This document shows, piece after piece, positions 24,490 through 36,200 of a stretch of DNA of 64,000 nucleotides; position 1 is the stretch's first letter, and each line of letters begins with the position of its first letter. The notes under the pieces are model-generated. The model saw only the letters and a list, made by a program, of their open reading frames with translations. It had not been told where the DNA came from and did not search any database. Both the position numbers and the translations under genes were made by a program. Source of the DNA: Entomortierella parvispora E1425 (taxonomy: Eukaryota; Fungi; Mortierellomycota); the NCBI GenBank assembly GCA_020891255.1, contig BQFW01000012.1, positions 1,302,001 to 1,366,000 on the forward strand, given 5' to 3'.

Positions 24490-26486
24490 ATGTTACCATC
24501 AGAGAGTCATGGGAATGCTTCATTACCATCGCCATCCGGCTTGATTGGGATCCCTCGGCGATTCTGGATCCTGTTCATGGGAGGTCTTGGCCTGATGATA
24601 TCATATGCTGGTACGTGAGTCGATTCTATGCATATCCTGTATAGCTATCCACAGCTCAATTGACCCTCTTCTCCCTTTGTTGCATGGACACTATTTTCTG
24701 TTCAGATCGGTCCAATATGGCCGTGGCCATTGTAGCAATAGCACGCGAGTACAACTACAACAAATCAGAACAGGGCCTGATCCTTGCTGCTTTCTTTATC
24801 GGATATATCCTCACGCCTATCCTTGGTGGGTCCCTCGCTGACAAACATGGCGGCAAAATGGTCCTCGCAACAGGTACGGTATTGCACAACATCCATCAAA
24901 ACGATGACGGGTGCCTCTGCCTTGTACAAAATCCAAGTGTTTCAGTTAACATTGTTATCTTTATGCTTCTCACTCGTATTCGGAACAGGCGCCTTGATCT
25001 GGACACTCTTTACTGCACTTACATCACTGGCAGCAGGATGGGGGTTGGTTTGGATGGTTTTAGTCCGAATTGGTCTTGGATTGGGAGAAGGAGTCGCCTA
25101 TCCGTCCGTGCACGCGCTGATCGGAGCTTGGATTCCTCCTTGTGAAAGGTCAAAGGCAGTAGCCATGATCACTGCTTTTTCGTATTTAGGAGCTGTAATT
25201 GCGCTTCCGACTTCCTCAGCCCTTGTGGTATCCTCGTGGGGCTGGAGAAGTATCTTTTGGCTCTTTGGTGCGATGGGACTTTCTTGGAGTGCCATTTGGC
25301 AGGTAAAGAAAAGAAAAAGAACAGAACAAAAAAAAAAAAGGAAGCCTATCCAGAAAGAAGAGTCCATCTTCAGCTTTTAACGATGTCTTTTTTTTTTTTC
25401 CCAAATCAATCGATAGATCTGGGGCTCAAGTAGTCCGAAAACTTGTAAAAGACTTTTGTTGCGGGAACGGAGATGGATCCTTCAACAGCAGCGACTGGAG
25501 CAGGAGGCGAACGGTCATTCCAGAAGGAGTGAGGAGCTTGAAGAAAGAGGCGAGTCTTCCGAGGATGAGGAAGAGGGTGGGACCGCCCCATCGTTTATCC
25601 CAGATTCGAATACAATCGCTTACCAGCCCGTGAGATCCTCAGAGGAACGTTTAACTCAGAATCCTGCACGACTGGATTTGACGATCCTCGCCACTGCTCC
25701 CTCTTCCACATCCTTGGCGGATGTTCACAAGCCAGCGACACCTTGGAAGGCCTTGCTACTTCGACGCGAGGTCTGGGCCATCATCATTTCTCAGTTCTGC
25801 AACTCTCTTGGATTCTTTGTGATGCAGTCCTGGCTACCCACTTTTTATCTGGATTACTATGGAGTCGACGTGGGCAAAATCGGCTATTTTTCTGTTGTAC
25901 CATCCATCGCTCAGGGAACCATGGGCTTTGTAGCAGGATTTTTGGGTGATAAAGCTGTCAAGGATTGGGGCTGGCAAACCTTGACGGTCCGACGGGTGAG
26001 TCAAGCCCTTGGCAGCGTAGGTCTCGGTGTCTTCTTGCTCTTGGCTGTTAAACTGGCCAAGGACGCGACGACGGCAATGATCATTATTACGGTTGGAATG
26101 GCGATAAATGGATTCACAATGATTGGCGCATCTGCTTACCAGGTAAAAAAGAAACCAGAAAAACAATGGTGAACAAGGCCTACAAGCTCAAGTCTCACAC
26201 TAACTCTTTTGTTGATATTCAACAGCACGACTTTTGTCCGCAGCACGCAGGGTTCATTTTTTCACTTGGAAACACTGCAGGAACAATCCCTGGCTTGGTC
26301 GGTGTCTTTTTGGTGGGCTTCTTGTTGGACAAGAATAGAAACGAGAAGGGTGGCGACACTGTTGGTGGCATGGACGACAAGGCTCGGTGGAATCTGATTT
26401 GGACCTTCGTCTGTTTCTTTTACTTGTTTGGATCATCCGTGTTTGTAATCTTATCGACCAACAAGAAGTTCCCTCGCACAATATAA
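24490..26486 (+). CDS. MFS anion:cation symporter of the SLC17/PHT4 type, 5 exons
   Basis: Spliced MLPSE...RRFWILFMGGLGLMISYA|DRSNMAVAI...GLILAAFFIGYILTPILGGSLADKHGGK, GLGEGVAYPSVHALIGAWIPPCERS, WLPTFY, DFCPQHAGFIFSLGNTAGTIPG and WNLIW. All four introns are GT-AG. Confidence 0.9.
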
Positions 26487-26575
26487 TATGACCACTGATA
26501 GACTGGTAGACATAGGGAAATAGACAGATACATCGCCATTGCTCTAGCAGAATCGGAATGTATTGTACTTTTTGA

Positions 26576-28993
26576 CTATTTTTTGCGATCCGGATTCCGC
26601 CACTCAAAATAATCGCAGCGAAATTCAGGTTTTTGGCCGATGGCGTCGCCTTCTGCTCCAACAGGTCTATTTCAAATAGGCGGGATCATCAAGGGTTAGA
26701 GTCAACATGTCAAAGGTTCAGTCATAGCAACACACAGGATAATAGACGCAAAACATACAAGGAACACAAAAAGAATCGACGACCCTTATTGGGACCCTTC
26801 TTGTTGACCGTATACTCTGTACAAGCAACATTGTGGAACCGGCATTTTGGGATTTGTCGAGGTTGGAAAAGGTTCTGCCATGTGCTTGTCGTTTCTTCTG
26901 CATTGCTTTGGAATGGCATTATCTCGTTCGAACCTGGGATCCAGTCTGCAAAGTCACTCGGTCGAAATGTCGAGGGTGTCGAGGTTTGGGAATCTTCCTC
27001 GGACTGAGATAATGGTTGAGACTGTTGAGATGCGCTTGCCACTGAGGATTGAGACAACATATCCGCAGCCGATTGAGAGAGGCTGTTTCCTGGTGTAGAC
27101 GCTGAGGATTTTGACCCAAATTCCTCCTTTGCGGTTGAGGTGGATTCTTTTGCTGTCTTGGGGGATGGGCTTGAAAAAAAGGAAAGCATAGACTGTTGGC
27201 CCCCAGAACTTTTACTACCAGCTCCAGCAGTGACTTTCTTGGTTGCTTTCCCTCCCGTCGATCGAATTGTTGCGCCACCATTTTTTTTGGGAGCCTGCTG
27301 GACGTTGCTGGGTATAGGGGAGGGTGGCGTCACTGACGGTGGACTTGTGCTGGTGGAGACATGAGTTGGCGGAGGAACATGATCCTTGCTAGGGCTTTGG
27401 TCAGGAGAAAAGAAAAGTTTCTTTTTGGGTTGGGGGCTGGTATCAGGAAGCTGAGCTGGTCGCTTTTCAGCTGGCGGTGGAGGTGGAGAGTGAGGGTTTG
27501 TCGCGGGAGCCAATGACGCTGCTGGTTTTTTGAAGAACATGGAAAGCTTTTGCTGTTTTCCTGAAAATTCGTCAAAGTATTTGGCCGCCAGAGTATGATC
27601 GTTTGAACCCCCATAGCTGTCCAATATGTCCCGGAGTCTCCTTTTACTGTCCAGCGCGACATCCGACATTCCTGTATCGAGATCTCCTTTCGAATCCGTG
27701 GCGAATGCAGCCGCTTGTAGACCCTGGTCCCGTTCCACAGGGCTCTTTTCCAGAGCTAGCTCGGCATACATCTCTGCAACGACGGGGCAATGATCAGACC
27801 CTACCACTTGAGGTCGTCGGTCGCAAGACTTGAACCATGGAACTAGTCCAGATGTTACGAGGATGAAGTCTAGTCGTGTTCCATAATTCGAAGGTCTGTC
27901 ATACATTATAAGAAATCCGTCAATAAAACAAATAAAAAAATATAAAATGGATTACGGTCGAATAGACGGTCGGGGCTGTTCATAATACTTACCTCGCGTT
28001 AATTTTGGTGTTCCAGCAGGTGAACGCGCCCTTCTCTCCTTCATGAAAGACTCTATAGAGATCCGTCAGGGGTCCTTTTGGAGCCAAGAATGAATTGAAC
28101 CACCTTCTTGGCTGCGTATTTCCAAAATCGTCACACCCAGTTTCTTTCTTCCACTTTTCAGGATCGCAGTGGTCCAATTCGGTAGGGACGACGTTCATAT
28201 CTCCCAATACCATGACTTCCCGTCCTTCCTGGATGAGTTCCCGAACACGAGCCTCCAAGACGTGATAATAATCCATCTTGAACGGAAGTCGAGTCTCGTC
28301 TGTTTCGTTCGGGCAATACAGGTTGAACAATACAAAGAACCCAAAGTCCAGGATCAGACCTCTTCCTTCCGAGTCCAGCTCTTGGAAACGAGCAAAGGTT
28401 GCAGCCGGCGAGAGTAGCTTTGGTGGTGGTGGCGTCCAAGAATCATTTTCCTCCTCCAGAATATCTTCAAGCGGCCCGTACATCTCTGTCTGTAGTCGAG
28501 GATATCCGCCTACTTTCCTTACCGGACCATTGGTTGGCGTTAACAACGATCCGGGCGATGCAGAGATAGAGTCGCTACCAGGCATAGCGACATTTCCGGA
28601 AAGAATGCCCGAGATGCCTTCCTCGGCCGCCAGCAGCTTCAAATGTTCCTTGACATAGATCACGACGCCTGAATATCCAGATTTTGTTCGATGAAAGGAC
28701 CAGTACGAGTCATATCCAGGGACGAGAGCCAAGTCTGATTCCAGTTTTGATCGGGTGATCTTGGTCTCCTGCAAACAAATGATATCGGCATCCAAGTAAT
28801 CAAGAATTTCCTATGAAGAACACCAAAGTCCGGAGTTGTTGAAAGCATGAATGGGCATGTCGCAGCATTGACAATCCAGTCTTGTAAAAATCAGTCTTGA
28901 GTTTACCCTGTAATTCTTGTGGAGATCATCACAGTAGGGATGGTATTGGGTCAGTGCGCGGATCCCATTCACATTCCATGTCATGAACTTCAT
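26576..28993 (-). CDS. APN2: AP endonuclease 2 (ExoIII/APE2 family with C-terminal zf-GRF), 4 exons
   Basis: MKFMTWNVNGIR, DADIICLQETK, GYSGVV, LDSEGR, NLYCP, GDMNV, FTCWNTKINAR|PSNYGTRLDFIL, GSDHCPV, PIP-box-like QQSMLSFF and zf-GRF (PKCRFHNVAC...NKGRRFFLCSL|PVG...RCDYFEW). Confidence 0.95.
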
Positions 28994-29936
28994 GGTGAGC
29001 GGGAGAGACGACATTGACTGTTGGCCAGGAAAATACCCCCCTTTCTTTGACAGGGAGCGCCACCATCGTCATCCACCCCTATGAGTCACGTGCGCGCATC
29101 TCGTCGTTGTCAACACGCGTGTCTTTTCACTTTGCCGCCTCCTTTCCTTTCCCTTCCGTCCATGGAGAGGCGGAGCAAGCAACCACGCTGACGGAATCAA
29201 GGGTGTCCAAAGAAGGTCTGCACTCCAAGAGTGATGCAGCTGTCGATTTCAAGGGGAGGCACGCTGACATCAAGTCGTTTTTTTACCTGCATCCCTCAGT
29301 CCGACAATAGGATAGCAGTTACTACTAGGGATATCATCCTTGAGCAGTAAAGGCGGTCAGGACCAGAAAAAAAAGGGTGGGTGCAAAACGACGAGGAAAA
29401 GAGATGTTATTGTTGTTGTTGATGTTGTTGCCGATGATGATGATGATGGTGGGATGTTATCGATTGCACGCAGGTGGTCGGTGTGGTTGCACCGTCCCCC
29501 CTCCTCGTTCTCGTCCTGAGAGCAAACTGAAAGAGAGATGAAAGTGGATGATGGAGAGGAAGGCCGGAAGAACGCATCTCTCCCTCAAAAAAGATGAAGA
29601 GTGAAAGGAAGGGGTGCTCTTCAAGCGATGGGAATATCTCCAATGTCCATCGCACATAGCGTGGCCACAGAACGCAAACCCTGTGCCCAAGTTTTGGCTG
29701 CACGTCGACTACCTCCTCCATCTCCAAAGAATGAAAGGAGGACCCACCTGTTCACGTTCATTCTTTTCTTTTGTTGCCGATCCGCCACTTTTTTGTGTTT
29801 TTTTTTGCTCTTCTTTCCTGTCTTTTCCCTCAATTGTCCTTGTCTTTCCCGCCACTCAATCCCTCATCCGCTCTACTCTTATCACCTCCAGCCCACCTGT
29901 TATTATCTCTCTAGAAAAGAAAATATACCCGTCCTA

Positions 29937-30410
29937 ATGATCTTCAATCACCCTTCAGCTTACACGATCGCCAATGCGCGGCCAGTAACGCCACATGAAG
30001 CTTCCGCACAACGGCCTCATTGTCATCGCAACCACATCGACCACTGCAACTATACACGTGCTAGCACACCAGCGTCCATGATCGGCGGTTCTGAGGGTCC
30101 ATCCTGGTCACCGTTTCCGACATCACAAAATTCACGGATCCCCGTGGCCTCACAGGCGCGCTATAGCTCATCTCACTCATCAAGAACCGTCTGGGGATTG
30201 GAAGAGGCAGAGGAGCCGATGCCGACCCATACACATGCGCAGGTGCAGGCCCAGCTGCAAGCCCAGCTGCAAGCCCAAGCCCAGCTGCCCATGCGGACGC
30301 TGCCGACGACACGGAGTCGGACAGAGTCATCGCATGTGGACATGTCCCTCCTTGTCAAGGAGTGGTTGCTGAAGGCGGAGCTGGAGATCGAGGGCAAAGC
30401 TGGCATCTGA
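29937..30410 (+). CDS. Hypothetical 157-aa protein with (AQLQ)n repeat and a helical C-terminus
   Basis: Open frame after a CT-rich leader; protein-like composition, with QAQLQ repeats and DMSLLVKEWLLKAELEIEGK. No family recognised. Confidence 0.45.
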   Translation: MIFNHPSAYTIANARPVTPHEASAQRPHCHRNHIDHCNYTRASTPASMIGGSEGPSWSPFPTSQNSRIPVASQARYSSSHSSRTVWGLEEAEEPMPTHTHAQVQAQLQAQLQAQAQLPMRTLPTTRSRTESSHVDMSLLVKEWLLKAELEIEGKAGI

Positions 30411-30583
30411 CCGAGTCTGTCAGTCAGTAACGGTACTGTACAGCACTGTACTGTACTGTACCTGATAGTAACGGCTGTTCATCCACTAATAAAAAACAAG
30501 ACTGGCCGATATGACCCAAAAGAAGAGGCATGCAGCTCACAAGAGACTTGATCTGACCAAAAGCTCATGTAGAGAGAAAGATG

Positions 30584-30626
30584 AAAAAAAAAAAAAAAAA
30601 AAAAAAAAAAGGAAAAAAAAAAAAAA
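30584..30626. repeat. Poly(dA) tract (A27-GG-A14) upstream of the exonuclease gene
   Basis: Read directly; longest homopolymer seen in the window. Confidence 0.85.
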
Positions 30627-30861
30627 GAGGCGATGCGATGCGATCCGAGCGCAAATCACTTTTTTTTCTTTATCTCTCGCGTCCTGCGTGTTTATTCCTC
30701 TGTTCAGTGCTTTTGTCCTATCGCCCTTTGCACCCGTCTGTCTGCTCGTCTGTCTACTCGTCCCTCCACGGTCCACTCTTCCTTCTATTCTGTATCAACA
30801 ACAACACACCGACAGACCACCCACACCACAATAACAACACAGAAGACAACACGGCCAAACA

Positions 30862-33210
30862 ATGCTGACAATCACTAATCAGCTGGTGCATCACAGGTCG
30901 AGACTGCATCAGTGCCTGGGAAGGGGCCATCCCTCCTCGGGTCCATCATGGCCATTCAATGAGACCATCATTCGAACCCTCAAGACACGACCTGTCCTGT
31001 CCACAGCCACAGAATCAGGGACAGGGGTTGCCTCCGTGAAGACCGGGACATCGACAAAAGTAGACACTGTCAAGGCAAAGCCAAGGGTGTCTGCAACCAA
31101 AGCCGCGCCGACCCCCCTAGAAACTGCTGCCGCCGCCAAGAGTTCAGGATCCAGAGTCCGTTCTGCTCCAAAAAAGAGCCTTGAGCCGCCCACACCCACC
31201 ACCGCTCTTTCAGGCGCATCTCGAAAGACAGTCTCGACCACTCGGGAGAAAAAGACGGCCAAGAGAACTGCTGTGTCTGCCGTTCGACGGGTCGCAACCC
31301 TCTCCCCTGCTCGACCTGCAGACCCCTCTGTGGTGATGTCACCCATCCTATCGTCGTCATTGCAGGATCAGGGGCGCGTTGTCACCTCAACAGTCAGGAT
31401 CAACACATCTAGCAGATCTGGAGGATCAAGTCAGTCCAGAGTCATCAACGCAGGAGCAATGCGCGTCAGCAGCAGCAGCACTACCAGAACAGCCCCCCTC
31501 GAGAAGGCACAGCCCACAATATCGTCAGCCGTGACCACATCCCGTGCCACACCTGTGCCCAGCGAAAACAATCCCGAGGCACCTTTGCCATTCTTGAACT
31601 TTCGAACGAATAGCTCCAGAGATCTCATGTATACCAAAAACGAGGAAGAGGCCAATCAATGGCTGGCTTCCAACACGTAAGGATGATCCATCACTCTTTG
31701 TGTGCCACTTTGATTCCTTTGGGACACTCACACCTCAACGACGATAGCATGAGACTAAATCATCTCGGGTGTCTTCTAAATAGAACAAGGATGTGGGCCA
31801 TGGACGCTGAATGGAAACCCTTTGGTGGCCACAAAAGGCAGGGCAAGATGGCAATGGTGCAGCTTGGGGACGACAAGACGGTGTTCTTGTTCCATATTAT
31901 CCACATGCGATCATTCCCCAAGGAGCTAGCGCGTATCCTACAGGACAGGCGAATCCTAAAGGTCGGGATCAACATCAGGTAATACCTTGCACAGTTTTTT
32001 TTTTTTTTTTTTTTTTTTTTGGCTTCACGACTGACCTGTTATTATTTTCTTCATCGCAGGAATGATGGATACAAATTATTCAAGGATTGGGGCGTGGCTT
32101 GTTCGAGCATAGTAGAGCTAGGAGCTGTCAGCAACCAGCTCCAAGACGATCTATCTGACCAGAGAAATGTCCGTAGTATGGACACACTGACTCGTGAGCA
32201 CGTAAGACTTGAGAACATACATGAGCGTACTTTAGCAAAGCGGCAAAAGCGATTCGTGATGTTCTCCGTAACTCATTTGCATCATTTGCCTATCACCATA
32301 GCTTGGACATGCAGTCGAAAAAGTGACAATGACACGTATGGGTAACTGGGAAACTCGATATCTGACCGCAAGTCAAATTGACTATGCGGCTAATGATGCC
32401 TTTGTGACATACGAGATTGCAAACCAGCTCAAGAAATTACAAAGTCTTCGACCCGATCATGAATTCACCCTGCCCCTGGCAACTGTTCACAAAAATGGTT
32501 CCACAACCTTAATAGTGCGAGGCACTCTTCAGGAACGAGAGGATCGAGCAGCCACCTCAAGCGACGTGCTAAAAAGCACGGAAAACTCCAACCCGATGAC
32601 ACCAGGGAAACTCTTGAACGACTATCCTTATGCAGAGGCAAACGCAAAGACGAAAAAAACAAAACCAGCATGGGCCTCAAGTCCGACTCCAGTAGGGGCG
32701 ATCAAAGCATTCAAATATGGCAACTGGATGTCAAAGTCTTCAACACCACCCTCTAGAAAGACAGCGCCGGAGCGAACAAGCCCCTCGGATAAAAGTGATG
32801 GAGACTTTCTTGGATTGGAATTGGGCGGCAGAAGCGAAACGGTCATTATAAAGGCCACGCCTTACAATAATCGCGCTGTTGCGTCCGGAGGTCTGTTTCG
32901 CATAACGGATTACAACTTTCAGAAGGTCGACACGCCATCTATGCCAGAGAATGGAGGAAATGCAGGAGACTGCAAAGGCGACATATACTTTCCTAGCCAG
33001 CTTTTACCAGAGTCTTTAGAAGGCAAGGATATCCTAGAGCGCAATCAAGTCGTTTGGTCGGGTGCTGGAGGAGGACGAGACCTATCAGAGGATGCCATAG
33101 TGGACGAAGAAGAAACCAGTGTATGGTATTTGAATCAGAACCAAGCCCTATATGCCTCTCTCGTATCCTCAGCTCTGGAGGATGGTAAAGATGATTCAAA
33201 GAAGAAATAA
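30862..33210 (+). CDS. DEDDy 3'-5' exonuclease (WRN-exo/EXD2-like) with long basic low-complexity N-terminus, 4 exons
   Basis: ExoI WAMDAEWKP, MAMVQLG, ILKVGINIR|NDGYKLF (ExoII), NWETRYLTASQIDYAANDA (ExoIII YxxxD). GT-AG introns near 31677, 31980 and 32201. Confidence 0.88.
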
Positions 33211-36200
33211 AATAACGAGACAAGCTTTATGACTTTATATGAGATGCCGAAACTAGATCATTTGAAGACCATGACTAGGCAGGCGGATGAGAGCATGCAG
33301 GAAGGATATGGAGGTTGCCTCCACCCTGAGCCAAAGTTTATTCCTAATGCGAAATGCACCGACGTCGGCAAGGCGTATTTGCGCGCCTAATAGATTCGGT
33401 CTCCGGTTCCCGAGGAACTTTCTGTCAGAGGGATAGGGAGAAAGAGAGAGAGAAGAACAGTAGTTGTGGGACGGGATCCTCCACAAGAGAGGCGGATAAT
33501 TGCTCGCAAATCCGGATTGTTTCCATTCAATGGCTTCCTGCCCTCTATTCATTCCTGGTTCTCCTGTCCATTGCCTCGAGGTTTTTTTAATCCCCCCAAG
33601 TCTGAAGGGAGAGAGGAAGCCTCAAGGACCACACATGTGGGGCGACAACGAACGATAGACAGGTGATGTTGCCTTCTATTTTTGCCGAGCCCACGACCTG
33701 TCTATCGCTCGCGCCTTTGCTCTCCTCGTTCCTTGTTCTTGGATTCCTTGGTAACACACGAGAGATGCTCGCTTTTCCAAAGAGCCGTCGACTGTACCAG
33801 TCTGGACGTACTTGGCACCCGCCCGTTGAACTGCGGACTCGAATTGAATAGAGCACCAGAGGCAAGGTGCGCGGTCCTCTTGTTTTAGCACTTTTCCCGT
33901 CTCTGTCGATTGTTGATCTTCTCGCTTGAACGCGCTCCCCTCCCCCCTTGAGAGCATGGCCCTCCTTCTCTCATGCATCATCCTGCCTTTGATTTTTGTT
34001 TGACTGTGAGCCACCTCTGCAATTGAATGAGCCATTACGTAGTCTACAGTCCGAACCATCGACCTCAAACGTGGATGTTCTTGCAGACTGGAAAGCAAGG
34101 CTCATCTGCGTCAAACGTGCGCGGTTCTTTTTTTTTTTTGCTCCTGCGAGGTGGGGGGTTATTTGTTGCCTTTTTCTTTGCTGGGTCGTTGTTTGACAAC
34201 TGGGTTGATGGGCAATGCATGTCTGTTCTTTTTTTGACCAGCAAGTGGTTTGCGCGGGGAGGGGACCACTTGACCTATCCTCCCGAGGACTGTTTCCGTT
34301 TGTCTGTCCCGAAGAGTACATTTTCCGCTGTGCACTTTTTTTTTTCCTCCGGTCCCATGCATGTCAACACACCACACACACACGCAAGTCCCTCGCCCCC
34401 GCCCGCTCTTACCCCCCCTCTTTTCGACTTTTTCCTCTCGTCTTTTTTCTACACATCCGGACCTGCGTGAATAGTTTTTTCCACATGGACAGGTGAGGCC
34501 CAAGTTGATTCCCTCTTTTGGCTATAGCTCCAAACACTAACTCACTTTGTCAAGAGATACTCAGAGCTTGGGATCTTTTGTGTTGAACCATTATCCGATG
34601 GTTGTTCCACGAACATCCCACCATCTCCTTTGCGACGGGTTGAGAGGGAGAAAGAGGAACAAATGAACAAAGAAAGTGCAGACAAAGGGCCCGCGGAACA
34701 AAGAGGACACTAACCTTCCTCTCTCCACGCGCCTAGCTCTCCGGCAGACTTGCTTTTTTCTAAGATCCTTTTTTATTTATTTAGGCCAGTTTTATTTTTA
34801 TTCTCACTCCCCTCTCTGTTTATGATTTGGAAATCCTCGGTAAAAAAACATGCAATGTCGATCTATTTTCTTATCGCGGGAAGATCTATTTTTTTGAGCG
34901 GATCGCGTTCAAACTATTTTCCTGCACTAAGTACTGTAAAACCTCCAAAAAAAAAAAAAAAAAAAAAATCGGAAGTGAACAAAAGAGCTTCCGGCATTCG
35001 AGCACGTTCATGGTTCCCCCCACCAACCACAACAGTCATTCGATGAGACCTTCTTGGTGGGCTAGCGCTTGTTATCAAGATAGAAGGGTCACGTCAACGA
35101 CTTGTTGCCAGTCCTTATTCGCGTCACGTTACAAAACCTCCCAAAACCGGTCTGTTTGTGGGACACCCTTGCTGCCAACAATCAACAAACAAGGAGTTTT
35201 CTCCAGTCGCGTGTCCTACCCCTCACTTTCATTTTACAGATTATTTTTAGACCCCAACGCGACCATGCAAGGGCGCGCGTGGATTGCAAATATCGATGGA
35301 TCCTCGGAGCCAACATTGCAGAAAGAAAAAAAGGCCTGGGTACCGACTTTGGCATCAAGAACCGGGCCCCTTATGGCGGCGCCCTTCATTTCAAAAAAAC
35401 ACTACGCCCAACTTCGATTGAAGTCAAAGGTAAGAGTGAAGGGAGTGAAGGGTGGCAAAAAAGAGAACGAAAGAATGGGGCTGAAGAGCCCAAGTTATTC
35501 CTGGCCTTGAGTTGATCAGTTTCTATTTCCTGTGTTCACGTTTTCTTTCAGTCTCGACCTCCAGCTCTATTATTCTGCATCTCTTCAATGGGCTTTTTTT
35601 TCTTTACAACGTTTCCGGTTTTCTTGTTGTTGCTCATGCTCAGGGGGGAGGCAAGGGGGGGGAAGGACTTTTTTTGGAGTTTTGGACCCTGATTGAATTA
35701 TTTTTTTTATGGTTCCCTCCTTGGTGGACCGCTTGTTCTCCTTGAGCCTGATCCGTGTCACGTCCCGGCCACAAGCCAACAGCCCACTTTTGTAAATGAC
35801 ATTTTGATATTTATTGTAGTCGGCACACTGTTTTGATCGGGGGGAGAAGGCCGATGGAGGGCAAATCGGACCCAAGTAGGGCTATTTACAGACAAGCAAC
35901 GCAACAAGAAATAGAAAACAAAAGGGACTAGACTCTTCTCGGTAGTTGTTGAATAGTTGTTCAACTAACGCTGGGACCACAACCCTTGTAGTCTACCCTT
36001 CGTGTCAAGAACTTTTTTTAGGACTTGCTAATTAATAATGTAGGAGAGAAAGAGAAAGAGACACACTGGATCTTGAACCTCTTGACTCCAAACAGGAGGG
36101 GACGAGGTTTTTCTTGGTCGACGCCACAGCCATTGGGTTTAATTGAAGTGCTCTCCACACGCTGAAGGGGAGCCAATGTTTTTCTAACAAAAGCTGCGGT

